Shown: positions 39,556 to 49,327 of the stretch, one piece after another | Layout of the letters: each line of letters starts with the position of its first letter | Numbering within the stretch: position 1 is the stretch's first letter | NCBI GenBank assembly: GCA_002167555.2 | Contig: NHDL02000003.1 | Coordinates: forward strand, 81,734 to 145,733 | Direction of reading: 5' to 3' | DNA from: Deltaproteobacteria bacterium TMED58 | GTDB lineage: Bacteria > Desulfobacterota_D > UBA1144 | DNA: 64,000 nucleotides | Program-made: the position numbers and the translations under genes | The notes under the pieces: generated by a model | Told to the model about the DNA's origin: nothing | The model's database searches: none | Seen by the model: the letters and a program-made list of their open reading frames with translations, nothing else

Positions 39556-40173
39556 TTACAATTTAACCGATTCAAAAAACTCAATGTCCTTAAGTCCAGA
39601 TGAATTATCTGTTATAAAGAAAGATTTTCCTTTATCTGAACTATTTATAATCAAATTATTTAAAACATTTATGGCTTCGGAGTCCAGGTATGTGTATGGC
39701 TCATCCAAAATAAAAAAATCTGGGTTAATTAGGAATAATATTAATATTGAAACTTTCTTTTTAGTTCCATCTGAGAGTTTATATATTTTTTTTGATTTAA
39801 AATCATTTAAATTAAAGCTATCAATTAAACTCTCTACTAATTCTACATTTCCTATATTATTTAGTCGTGTAAAGAAAATTATATTTTCTTTAACTGAAAG
39901 GTGTTGATATAAATTTGGCAATGGCGGGAGATAGCTTACCTTGGTGAAATAATAATGGTCCAAATCCTTAATATTATCTTTACCTAAAAATATTTCACCA
40001 CTATAGTCTAAAATCTGTGAAGCGACAATCTTCATTAAAGTTGTCTTACCTGCACCATTAGGGCCTGACAAATTATAAATTTTACCAGGGTTAATATTAA
40101 AACTTATTAATTTGAAGACAGTAGTGTCATTATAAGATTTACCTATATTTTGAATTGATAAAGAATCCTTCAT
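39556..40173 (-). CDS. ccmA: heme exporter ATP-binding protein CcmA
   Basis: ABC ATPase (GPNGAGKTT, LSDGTKKK, FILDEP). ATG 40173 gives the usual 36 aa or so before Walker A. The upstream ATG 40233 would overlap the divergent gloA. Confidence 0.88.
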   Translation of the reverse strand: MKDSLSIQNIGKSYNDTTVFKLISFNINPGKIYNLSGPNGAGKTTLMKIVASQILDYSGEIFLGKDNIKDLDHYYFTKVSYLPPLPNLYQHLSVKENIIFFTRLNNIGNVELVESLIDSFNLNDFKSKKIYKLSDGTKKKVSILILFLINPDFFILDEPYTYLDSEAINVLNNLIINSSDKGKSFFITDNSSGLKDIEFFESVKL

Positions 40174-40215
40174 GTTTATAACTTTACTTAATAACAAGTG
40201 TAATTTAAAATTTGT

Positions 40216-40599
40216 ATGATGAAATTTCTTCATACAATGCTAAGAGTTAGTAATTTAGATGAATCAATTAAATTTTATGTTGATATTCTAAAGCTTAAAT
40301 TGGTCAGAAAAAGTGATTACCCTCATGGAAAATTTACCCTGGCTTTTTTATCCTATGATATAAATGAGGAGCCCTTTTTAGAGCTAACTTATAATTGGGA
40401 AACAGATAATTACAATTTAGGTAATGGTTTTGGTCATATAGCTATAGGGGTGGATGATTTATATTCTACATGTGAAGAGATTACTAAAAAAGGTGGTAAA
40501 ATAACTAGAGAGCCAGGTCCCATGAAAGGTAGCAAGTCACTACTTGCCTTTGTTGAAGACCCCAACGGTTATAAAATAGAGCTCTTGCAGAGAACATAA
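40216..40599 (+). CDS. gloA: lactoylglutathione lyase (glyoxalase I)
   Basis: 127 aa with (M)MKFLHTMLRVSNLDESIKFY, LELTYNW and GFGHIAIGVDD, close to enterobacterial GloA. The start may be the second ATG at 40219. Confidence 0.93.
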   Translation: MMKFLHTMLRVSNLDESIKFYVDILKLKLVRKSDYPHGKFTLAFLSYDINEEPFLELTYNWETDNYNLGNGFGHIAIGVDDLYSTCEEITKKGGKITREPGPMKGSKSLLAFVEDPNGYKIELLQRT

Positions 40600-41003
40600 T
40601 GATATCAGTTACAAGAAAATCTCATTTCAATGCAGCCCATAGGTTAAATAACCCTAAATGGTCTGATAAAAAAAATGAGGAATTTTTTGGTTTATGTAAC
40701 AATGAAAACTATCATGGCCATAACTATGAATTAGACGTAACGGTTTCTGGTGAAATTGATGAAGAATCCGGATATCTAGTAGACATGAAAGAACTGAGCG
40801 ATATTATAGAATCTGAAATTGAATCTAGGTTTGACCATAAAAACTTAAATCTTGATACTGAAGAATTTAGGGAATTAAATCCAACTGCAGAAAATATTGC
40901 CATAGTTATTTGGAACATACTTAGAGAAAAAATCCCAAAAAAATTCCAATTGAGTATCAAGTTGTATGAAACACCACGTAACTTTGTGGAGTATTCAGGA
41001 TAA
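40599..41003 (+). CDS. queD: 6-carboxy-5,6,7,8-tetrahydropterin synthase
   Basis: 134 aa with FNAAHRL, CNNENYHGHNYELDV and FDHKNLN motifs. TAATG overlap with gloA. Confidence 0.92.
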   Translation: MISVTRKSHFNAAHRLNNPKWSDKKNEEFFGLCNNENYHGHNYELDVTVSGEIDEESGYLVDMKELSDIIESEIESRFDHKNLNLDTEEFRELNPTAENIAIVIWNILREKIPKKFQLSIKLYETPRNFVEYSG

Positions 41004-41011
41004 TTTTTTTT

Positions 41012-41254
41012 CTAGTCAGATGAAGATGCGATAATACATCTTAAATCAGTGCTTAATTCATTACCTTCAAAATTTATATAACACACATTGTGATCATGTC
41101 TTCTGCACCAGATTTGAAAGCCTTCATTTGTAAAGCCAGCATCGATTTTGGAATACTCCTTCAATGTCCCAAAATCAGTCATACCAGACTCAAATTCTTT
41201 CTGGCACTCAGAGCACACTAGATATTCATTAATATTGTTTAATAAGGGATTCAT
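41012..41254 (-). CDS. hypothetical small Cys/His-rich protein (possible zinc-binding)
   Basis: 80 aa with CSEC near the N-terminus and WCRRHDHNVC later. No family recognised. Confidence 0.5.
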   Translation of the reverse strand: MNPLLNNINEYLVCSECQKEFESGMTDFGTLKEYSKIDAGFTNEGFQIWCRRHDHNVCYINFEGNELSTDLRCIIASSSD

Positions 41255-41333
41255 AAATACATTTAAACTGATTCTAAATTTATATCAAAAAAGTATTTTT
41301 TTATTTACCTATATCTTATATATACTATAAATT

Positions 41334-42374
41334 ATGAATCATAACCTTATTAAGGAATTATGCGATACCCCAGGTGTACCAGGATGTGAAGATGCAATAT
41401 CTTCTATAGTACTTAGAGAAATTGAAGATTTATGTGTTGCTTACCTTAAAGACCCTATGGGAAACCTTATATTCCAAGTTAATGATACAATCCCTGAAGC
41501 TCCGACAATACTAATTGATGCACATATGGATGAAGTTGGTTTTATTGTTTCTCACATTGAGGATAATGGAATGCTAAGAGTAATTCCATTAGGTGGAATA
41601 GATCCAAAACTGTTTTACGGCCAAAGGTTGACTATATGGGGAAAAGAGAAAGTTGAATCAACAGTAGCAGCTATCCCCCCTCATATTTCAGATAAAAACT
41701 CTTCTGGGTCAATTCCTGTAGATGATTGCTTAATAGATACAGGTATAAGTCCAAATAAAATTAAAAAAATAATTAGTATTGGTGATCAAGTTACTTTTTC
41801 AACTGAATGTGTTATTGATAATCAAAGAATTCTTTCAAAATCTTTAGATGATCGTATTGGTCTTTACGTGATGCTTGAAACAATTAAGAAAGTTAATGTT
41901 AAACGTTTAAAATGCAACTTCTTTGCTTCTGCATCAGTTCAAGAGGAAATGGGGCTTAGAGGTGCAAGAATAATAAACTCTCAAGTAAACCCTGATTTTT
42001 CTATAGCACTCGAAGGAACAGTATCAAATGATTTGCCTGGGATTCCATTACATAAAAAACTTGCTCAATTAGGAAATGGTCCCGAGATAAGAATTTCAGA
42101 TAAGTATTTAATTGCCGATAGAGGCTTTAACGAATATATTCAAAAAATAGCAAAGAATAAAAAAATTAATTGTCAATTGACTGCGAAAAATGCAGGTGGT
42201 ACTAATTCAACCGCTTTTCAGGTTACTGGAAAGGGCTCAAAAGCTACAGTATTATCTGTTCCAGTTAGATATCTTCATAGCCCAAGCTCTGTGTGTCTAC
42301 TAAAAGATGTAGATTCAACGATTAAGCTCCTAACAAGTAGTATTTTAGATATACATAAATTTAAAAATGACTGA
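41334..42374 (+). CDS. M42 family metallopeptidase (FrvX / glutamyl aminopeptidase-like)
   Basis: 346 aa with IDAHMDEVGF, SLDDRIG and VQEEMGLRGA, typical M42 metal-ligand motifs. Confidence 0.88.
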   Translation: MNHNLIKELCDTPGVPGCEDAISSIVLREIEDLCVAYLKDPMGNLIFQVNDTIPEAPTILIDAHMDEVGFIVSHIEDNGMLRVIPLGGIDPKLFYGQRLTIWGKEKVESTVAAIPPHISDKNSSGSIPVDDCLIDTGISPNKIKKIISIGDQVTFSTECVIDNQRILSKSLDDRIGLYVMLETIKKVNVKRLKCNFFASASVQEEMGLRGARIINSQVNPDFSIALEGTVSNDLPGIPLHKKLAQLGNGPEIRISDKYLIADRGFNEYIQKIAKNKKINCQLTAKNAGGTNSTAFQVTGKGSKATVLSVPVRYLHSPSSVCLLKDVDSTIKLLTSSILDIHKFKND

Positions 42375-42705
42375 AAAAAACATCATTATTTCAATATTCA
42401 ACAAAAGCTTTGAAGATTATCCAATTCTAATTTCCAAAGCCTCTCCATTGCTCGTAGTAGAGTTAAAAAAAATAAAAATAGATATACAAGATTTATCTTT
42501 GATCGAAACTATATCAACTGAAGATTTAGATGAAATAATAAATAAAATAAAAAATGGTAACCAAGAAATAGTTGAAAAAATTATTAACTCAAAGGGTAAT
42601 AATGGCAAATTATATGACGAATTAATACAAAATTTCCTAAAAGAAATTACTAATACTATAGATTTCGTATACAACTTAATAATTAGCAAACAATTAGGTG
42701 GCTAA
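42367..42705 (+). CDS. hypothetical protein
   Basis: 112-aa ORF overlapping the M42 peptidase stop by 8 nt. It has compositional coding character but no recognisable motif. Confidence 0.45.
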   Translation: MTEKNIIISIFNKSFEDYPILISKASPLLVVELKKIKIDIQDLSLIETISTEDLDEIINKIKNGNQEIVEKIINSKGNNGKLYDELIQNFLKEITNTIDFVYNLIISKQLGG

Positions 42706-42764
42706 AAAAACTTTTTTATTATTGATTTTACTTAATAATTAGTTAAAAATATAACTCGTAGGAC

Positions 42765-43127
42765 ATGGCTGAATATCCCTTTTTTATTATAGTTTTTATG
42801 GCTCTTATTAGTCTGCCAATTTTAATGATTTTAACCTCTAAAATCATAAAATTTATAGTGGGCAAAAGAAAAAATGTATCAGATACAATTTATGAATGTG
42901 GCGAACCCAGCATCGAAAATTCATGGAAAAGAATACCAATATCTTATTTTAAAATTGCTTTAGTATTTATTCTATTTGACATAGAGCTCGTATTTATATT
43001 TCCTTGGATATTAAATCTTTCAGATCCTACTCCAGGTTCATATTTTTCCTTTATTACTTTCTTAATAATACTGTTTATTGGTTGGATTTACGCTTACAAA
43101 AAAGGATACCTTGAATGGGAGATGTAA
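42765..43127 (+). CDS. nuoA: NADH-quinone oxidoreductase-type complex subunit A
   Basis: 120 aa with 3 TM segments and the YECGEP motif. Confidence 0.92.
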   Translation: MAEYPFFIIVFMALISLPILMILTSKIIKFIVGKRKNVSDTIYECGEPSIENSWKRIPISYFKIALVFILFDIELVFIFPWILNLSDPTPGSYFSFITFLIILFIGWIYAYKKGYLEWEM

Positions 43128-44116
43128 ATAAGTCATTAAAGGATATAGGTACTTTTATGAAGTTACCTGGTGCCAATTTATTTATAACTAGCACTGATCA
43201 ACTATTCAATTGGGCTAAGAAATCTAGCCTTTGGCCACTATCCTTTGGTTTAGCGTGCTGCGCTATTGAAATGATGGCTACCTTTTCCTCTAGGTATGAT
43301 TTAGACAGATTAGGGATGATTACTAGAGCTTCTCCGAGACAAGCAGATCTTATGATTGTAGCTGGAACTGTAACTGTTAAAATGGCAGAAAGAATTAAGA
43401 CCTTGTATGACCAAATGGCAGGCCCAAAATGGGTCATAGCAGCTGGAAGTTGTGCTATTTCTGGAGACCACTATAGACATATATATAGTGTTGTCCCTGG
43501 TGTAGATTGGGTAATTCCAGTTGATGTTTATGTGCCAGGTTGTCCACCTACCCCCGAAGCTTTTATTGATGGAATTCTTGAATTACAGAATATAATTGGC
43601 GAAGGTAAGACTTCTCCAACATTTAACTCATCTCCAGTTCCTGAAGAAAAAACACTTTCACCTCTCGAGGTCACTAAACCACCCAAAAAATCAAAAAATG
43701 TAATTGAATCAGAATTCATAGATAAAACAAATCTTATTAACCATTCAATGGATTTAAAGAGTCAAGGGTTTACCTATCTTAAGTTTATCACCGCTACAGA
43801 TTTTGACACTAATATCGTCCTTACATATTTTCTAGGAAATAATGTATCAAACAAAGAGGTGGAGTTTAATATAAAATTGGACGATGATATGAAAGTAAGC
43901 TCACTATCAAATATTTATTCTGGTGCCGACTGGCAAGAGAGAGAGATTTTTGATTTGTTTGGAATAATTTTTGAAGGCCACCCTAACCTAAAAAGAATTA
44001 TGATGCCCGATGAATGGATTGGGCATCCATTAAGAAAAGAATATGTTATGGATTCTCATTACTACCCATATCGCCCCACACGAAAGGAATATGAAAAATG
44101 GAAGACAGAATTGTAG
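43115..44116 (+). CDS. nuoBC: fused subunits B and C of the complex I-like enzyme
   Basis: 333 aa. The N-terminal 165 aa or so is NuoB ([30 protein letters not shown]). A P/K/S-rich linker follows. The C-terminal part of about 140 aa is NuoC ([41 protein letters not shown]). Confidence 0.9.
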   Translation: MGDVNKSLKDIGTFMKLPGANLFITSTDQLFNWAKKSSLWPLSFGLACCAIEMMATFSSRYDLDRLGMITRASPRQADLMIVAGTVTVKMAERIKTLYDQMAGPKWVIAAGSCAISGDHYRHIYSVVPGVDWVIPVDVYVPGCPPTPEAFIDGILELQNIIGEGKTSPTFNSSPVPEEKTLSPLEVTKPPKKSKNVIESEFIDKTNLINHSMDLKSQGFTYLKFITATDFDTNIVLTYFLGNNVSNKEVEFNIKLDDDMKVSSLSNIYSGADWQEREIFDLFGIIFEGHPNLKRIMMPDEWIGHPLRKEYVMDSHYYPYRPTRKEYEKWKTEL

Positions 44117-45240
44117 AGAAAGACTTTGGTGATTTAGCTGTTAATATGGGTCCTCAACACCCGTCCACCCATGGTGTTTTCAGATTAAAACTATATCTTC
44201 AAGGTGAAAGAATTAATAAGATTGAGTCGTTTTTAGGATATTTACATCGAGGTGTAGAAAAGTTATCTGAGAAACTAAACTATGACCAACTACCACCTGT
44301 GCTTGAAAGAGATGATTATTTATCTCCAACTTCTAACTCCCTCGGTTTTGTTAATGCAGTAGAAAAAATTTGCGATATCGAAGTTTCAAGAAGAGCTTCC
44401 TACATCAGAGTCTTAGTAGCTGAGCTTCAAAGAATAAGCTCACATCTTGTAGCATTAGGTACCTACGGTTTAGACTTAGGTGGTGCATTAGGTGGAGGAG
44501 CAAGTCTTTTTTTATACTGCTTCAGAGAAAGAGAAAAAATTCTTGATATAATGGAAGATTTAACTGGGACAAGATTCCATACTAATATTAATCAAATAGG
44601 CGGTGTAAGATACGACATTAAAAGTGACTCTATAAGTAAAATCAATAAATTAATATCAGATTTAAAACCTATTCTAGAAGACTATACAAATATGATATCT
44701 AATGATGAAATTTTTATGAAAAGGACTAAAAATATTGGAGTAATATCAAAAAAACTAGCAGAGGAATCGGGTGGTTCAGGTCCAATTCTCAGAGGATCTG
44801 GAATAAATTTTGATATTAGAAAGAACAAACCCTATGAATGTTATTCTGAATTTGATTTCAATATACCCACTGGTCAAAATGGTGATGCCTATGATAGAAC
44901 CATCGTAAGGATGAAAGAAAATGTAGAATCCTTAAATATCGTTCAACAAATTATCGAAGGTATTCCCGAGGGTGATATTCATTCAAGGAAACCACTAAAG
45001 AGTCCTAAGTTAACAAGACCACCAAAAGGTTCTTCCTACTTCTCTATTGAATCACCAAGGGGTGAGTTAGGTTTTTTTATAGTTTCAGATGGAACTTCTA
45101 TACCTTACAGAATGAAAATTAGGGCTCCATCTTTTTCAAATCTTTCTTTGGTAGAAAAACTCTTGCCTGGAACTTTTATGGCAGACTCAGTTGTTATTTT
45201 AGGATCTCTAGACCCAGTGTTTGGGGATGTGGATAGATAA
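44098..45240 (+). CDS. nuoD: complex I-like subunit D
   Basis: 380 aa with [15 protein letters not shown], the YLHRGVEK motif and the C-terminal [11 protein letters not shown]. Confidence 0.94.
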   Translation: MEDRIVEKDFGDLAVNMGPQHPSTHGVFRLKLYLQGERINKIESFLGYLHRGVEKLSEKLNYDQLPPVLERDDYLSPTSNSLGFVNAVEKICDIEVSRRASYIRVLVAELQRISSHLVALGTYGLDLGGALGGGASLFLYCFREREKILDIMEDLTGTRFHTNINQIGGVRYDIKSDSISKINKLISDLKPILEDYTNMISNDEIFMKRTKNIGVISKKLAEESGGSGPILRGSGINFDIRKNKPYECYSEFDFNIPTGQNGDAYDRTIVRMKENVESLNIVQQIIEGIPEGDIHSRKPLKSPKLTRPPKGSSYFSIESPRGELGFFIVSDGTSIPYRMKIRAPSFSNLSLVEKLLPGTFMADSVVILGSLDPVFGDVDR

Positions 45241-46220
45241 TGTTTAATTCTTTTATTGAATTTGCACTTCCAATTTTTAAAACTATTTCAATTTTAATTT
45301 TAATAGTTGCTTATTTAGTTTGGCTAGAAAGGAAAGTTGCCGCAAAAATGCAATCTAGAGTTGGTCCATATAGTGTTGGATACCCTCATGGTTGGCTTCA
45401 ACCACTAGCTGATGCTTTAAAACTTATGACAAAAGATGACTCAATTCCTAAAAATTCTGATTCATTACTATTTAATTTGGGGCCTGTATGGATAATGGTT
45501 GTTAGCCTTGCATCTTTCGCTTTACTCCCCTTTTATTTTAATAATCCAATGTTAAATGTTGATTTAAGCTTTATGTTATTTATAGCGATAAGTTCATTAA
45601 TAATTATTGGGATATTTATTTCAGGATGGTCATCAAACAATAAATATGCTCTAATATCAGTCCTTAGAATGACTGCTCAGATAATATCATATGAGATTCC
45701 ACTTGTAATATCACTACTGATTCCATGCATATTAATTGGCAGCCTTAGTTTTGGTGAGATTATTAGATATCAAGAAGATACTTGGATTATTTTTTATCCC
45801 TTATTAGGTCAGTTAAGTTTTATCATCTTTTTTATATCAGCTTTAGCAGAAGGTAACAGAATACCATTTGATTTATCTGAAGCTGAATCTGAACTAATTT
45901 CTGGATATACTACAGAATACTCCGGAATTAAGTTTGCACTATTTTATCTAGCAGAGTACGTCCATTTATTTGGAATATGCGTATTAGGTTCAATAATTTT
46001 CTTTGGTGGATCTAATGGTCCTTTTTTTTCTAGTAATATTCTAATAGTTATCAAAGCATTACTTTTTTTTACATTGATACTATTTATTAGATGGAGTTTT
46101 TTTAGAATAAGGATTGATCAATTATTGAAATTTAACTGGGTTAAGCTAATACCCTTATCATTTGCAGGATTATTATTAGCATGTTTATTAAAATATTATA
46201 TGGATTTTAGTTCACTATGA
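45240..46220 (+). CDS. nuoH: complex I-like subunit H
   Basis: 326-aa polytopic protein with EGNRIPFDLSEAESELISGYTTEYSG. Its start shares one base with the nuoD stop. Confidence 0.94.
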   Translation: MFNSFIEFALPIFKTISILILIVAYLVWLERKVAAKMQSRVGPYSVGYPHGWLQPLADALKLMTKDDSIPKNSDSLLFNLGPVWIMVVSLASFALLPFYFNNPMLNVDLSFMLFIAISSLIIIGIFISGWSSNNKYALISVLRMTAQIISYEIPLVISLLIPCILIGSLSFGEIIRYQEDTWIIFYPLLGQLSFIIFFISALAEGNRIPFDLSEAESELISGYTTEYSGIKFALFYLAEYVHLFGICVLGSIIFFGGSNGPFFSSNILIVIKALLFFTLILFIRWSFFRIRIDQLLKFNWVKLIPLSFAGLLLACLLKYYMDFSSL

Positions 46221-46714
46221 GATTAATAAAAATTATTAAAAATATATATAGGAACCTCTATTTCACATTGAGTAATGTAGTAAAACCTGCAGTTACAATC
46301 AAATACCCTCAGGAGAAAAGAATTTTTCCTGATAAATTACGCTTAGGTACTTTCGGACTTACATCAGATAAAGAGACGGGAGAGGAGAACTGCATAGCAT
46401 GTAAGCTTTGTGAAAAAATATGCCCTTCAGAAATAATAGAAATTGATATAGAGAAAAGAGATGGTAGAGGATGGGCTAAGAAATTTAACCTTGACCTTCA
46501 AAGTTGCATTCAATGTGAGTTGTGTGTGCAAGTATGTCCTGTAGATGCAATAATAATGATGAAAGAAGCTGAAAAACCAACAACATCTAGAGCAGATTTA
46601 TTTCTAACAAAGACTAAAATGATGAGAAATGCTGAAAAATTAGAAGAATCTTGGGCCAAAGGTAGCATACTCCAAGAAAGTCATTCTCCAAATTTGGGTG
46701 ATAAAAATGATTGA
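46217..46714 (+). CDS. nuoI: complex I-like subunit I (2x[4Fe-4S] ferredoxin)
   Basis: 165 aa with CIACKLCEKICP and CIQCELCVQVCP. Confidence 0.94.
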   Translation: MRLIKIIKNIYRNLYFTLSNVVKPAVTIKYPQEKRIFPDKLRLGTFGLTSDKETGEENCIACKLCEKICPSEIIEIDIEKRDGRGWAKKFNLDLQSCIQCELCVQVCPVDAIIMMKEAEKPTTSRADLFLTKTKMMRNAEKLEESWAKGSILQESHSPNLGDKND

Positions 46715-47216
46715 GGTCCTAATTTATTTATTTTGCTTATTATCTATAGGCACTGCTCTTACAACATGTCTTAGTTCAAAAATTATTCGCTCAACTTTCT
46801 TTTTTGGTATAACTCTTTTTCTTATAGCCTTCATTTTTATCGTTGTTGGTTCAAATCTTTTAGGAGTTGTTCAAATATTACTATACACAGGTGGTACGTT
46901 AATCTTATTTCTTTTCTCAATATTCCTTACTGGAGACTGGGACTATAACAATCTTGGAGAAACGTTTCATAAACCCGTTTCTTCAGTTTTAATAGCATTC
47001 TTTTTCTTTCTAACCACTAGCTACCTAATTACAACATCTGAGATATTCATAAAATTAGAGGATAAATTCAATATTAATAAAATAGTATCTACTCAGGATA
47101 TAAGCGTATCATTATTTAATGATTGGATATTTATTCTGGAACTATCTTCTATATTACTTCTTGCTACTATTGTTGGATGCCTAACATTATTAAAATTTAG
47201 AAAGGAGATAGATTAA
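46698..47216 (+). CDS. nuoJ: complex I-like subunit J
   Basis: 172-aa membrane protein in conserved order between nuoI and nuoK. Confidence 0.85.
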   Translation: MIKMIEVLIYLFCLLSIGTALTTCLSSKIIRSTFFFGITLFLIAFIFIVVGSNLLGVVQILLYTGGTLILFLFSIFLTGDWDYNNLGETFHKPVSSVLIAFFFFLTTSYLITTSEIFIKLEDKFNINKIVSTQDISVSLFNDWIFILELSSILLLATIVGCLTLLKFRKEID

Positions 47217-47218
47217 GA

Positions 47219-47518
47219 ATGTTTATGTCTTTAATTTATACCTCTTTATTTATTAGTAGCATTGGTATATTCATGCTTTTAAGTAAGAAACATATATTAT
47301 CTATACTTATTGGAATAGAACTCTTTTTAAATGGAATAAATTTATTTTTTATAACAATCTGTAAATCCTTCTCCGATGATATTGCTAATATTTTTATTTT
47401 ATTCATTCTTGTAATAACAGCATGTGAAGTGGCAATTGGATTAGCAATTTTTTTACTTAATCAAAGAATCAACAAAACAATTGATATCAACAGTCTTGAT
47501 AGGTTAAGAGATAATTAA
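47219..47518 (+). CDS. nuoK: complex I-like subunit K
   Basis: 99 aa with 3 TM segments and conserved mid-membrane Glu residues (IGIELFLNG, ACEVAIG). Confidence 0.9.
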   Translation: MFMSLIYTSLFISSIGIFMLLSKKHILSILIGIELFLNGINLFFITICKSFSDDIANIFILFILVITACEVAIGLAIFLLNQRINKTIDINSLDRLRDN

Positions 47519-49327
47519 ATGAATAAGAGCATAATAATATTATCGTTATTACCGATTTTTATTACATATTTAATTAGTTTTTTTAATTTTAAAAAATTGG
47601 AGTTGGAGACATTGAATTACATTGTACCAACAATAATATATTCAAGCTTATTGTTTATTTTATTTTCTATTCCTAATATTAATTCATTATCAATCCCCTT
47701 TTTAACCATTAATGGTAATGATATTAACCTTATTTTTGATTACATAGACAAAAACCTCTTAATGTCAAAAGTTGTCTTAATAATATCAACTTTGGTACTC
47801 ATATATTCTTCTAAATTTATTGAAGGTGAGGAAAGAAGGTCTCATTCCAGGTACTTTCTTTTTTTATCGGTTTTCATTTCGTCAATGTTTATTTTTACGA
47901 TATCCTCAGACCTTTTCAGTAGCTTTATTTTTTGGGAGCTTTTAGGGCTGTCCTCTTATTTTTTAATAGGTTTTTGGAATAAAGATTCTGAAGCAATTAA
48001 ATCTTCAACTATAGCTTTTTGGATTACAAGATTTGGCGATCTTTTCTTTCTTGCTGGAATAATCTTAATTTTTACTACTGCTGGTACTTTAGATATAAAT
48101 AATCTGAATCAAATTGCATCAAATTCAAATTTAGATATTAAGTTTCCATTACTATTTATAGTTATAGGAATTTTCTCTAAATCAGCTCAATTTCCATTCA
48201 ACATATGGCTACCTAAGGCAATGAAAGGTCCAACTCCTGTTTCGTCTCTTATTCATTCTGCAACTATGGTTGTAGCAGGTGTTTTGCTATTATTTAAAAT
48301 CTATCCATTAATAAGTACTTCAATTGGACTACTTAATTTGCTAACAACGATTGGAATTATCTCTTCATTTATTGGAGCAATTGCTGCTTTTTATGAGGAA
48401 GACCTAAAGAAAATACTCGCATATTCCACAATTTCTCATATTGGATTAATGTTTTTAGCTATAGGCATCTCTAAACCTGATTTAGCTTATTTTCATATGT
48501 TTAGTCATAGTTTTTTTAAATCCTTATTATTTTTATTTGCTGGAATTGTAATAATGTTAAATGGAACTTCCAAATTAGAAAACCTAGATTCTTCTATTAA
48601 ACTAAAGTCAACCATGGGGGCTATATTAATTATTGCATGTTGCTCACTTAGTTCGATTTACTTCTTCACTGGTTCATTTTCAAAAGAATATATAATTTTT
48701 AGCATGATAGATGATGGTTTATACATAGAAGGGCTAATTATTTTATTTGGAGTTATTTTTACTTCTTTATATTCAGCGAAAATATTATTTACATTAATAG
48801 ATTTTAATCCTAAGAATGAATCTTTGGATAAAATAGATTTAAAATTTATAGGCCCTTTGTTGATTTTGGCAATCCTATCATTATCAGGACCTTTAACTAT
48901 GTCTATATTTAATAAAAGTATCGAAATAACAAAAGTTCCTCACTCAATTTTATGGATACTTGCTTTGCAAATATTAACTTTTTCAACTTTTTATATTTAT
49001 TTAAAAACGAAAGATATAATTAACGAGAAACTATATAATTTTAGAAGTTTATCAGACTCTCTTTTTGTAACTGATAAAATTTATTTAGAAATCTATGATA
49101 AAGTTTTTAAATCAACCTCCATATTCATTGCCTGGTTTGATAGAAATATCCTAGATGGGCTAATTAATTTTATTCCATTTAGAATTATCTATACATCTAA
49201 GAAATTAATGGGATTACAGAATGGGCAAGCTAAGCTTTATGCTGTCAGATCAATAATCTTCTTTATCCTCTTAATATTGTTAATAATAGTAACAAGTGAT
49301 GAATTAATAATAGGAGCATTAAAATAA
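47519..49327 (+). CDS. nuoL: complex I-like subunit L (antiporter-like)
   Basis: 602 aa, Mrp-antiporter-like (WELLGLSSYFLIGFW, KSAQFPFNIWLPKAMKGPTPVSSLIHSATMV), with a long C-terminal extension. Confidence 0.93.
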   Translation: MNKSIIILSLLPIFITYLISFFNFKKLELETLNYIVPTIIYSSLLFILFSIPNINSLSIPFLTINGNDINLIFDYIDKNLLMSKVVLIISTLVLIYSSKFIEGEERRSHSRYFLFLSVFISSMFIFTISSDLFSSFIFWELLGLSSYFLIGFWNKDSEAIKSSTIAFWITRFGDLFFLAGIILIFTTAGTLDINNLNQIASNSNLDIKFPLLFIVIGIFSKSAQFPFNIWLPKAMKGPTPVSSLIHSATMVVAGVLLLFKIYPLISTSIGLLNLLTTIGIISSFIGAIAAFYEEDLKKILAYSTISHIGLMFLAIGISKPDLAYFHMFSHSFFKSLLFLFAGIVIMLNGTSKLENLDSSIKLKSTMGAILIIACCSLSSIYFFTGSFSKEYIIFSMIDDGLYIEGLIILFGVIFTSLYSAKILFTLIDFNPKNESLDKIDLKFIGPLLILAILSLSGPLTMSIFNKSIEITKVPHSILWILALQILTFSTFYIYLKTKDIINEKLYNFRSLSDSLFVTDKIYLEIYDKVFKSTSIFIAWFDRNILDGLINFIPFRIIYTSKKLMGLQNGQAKLYAVRSIIFFILLILLIIVTSDELIIGALK

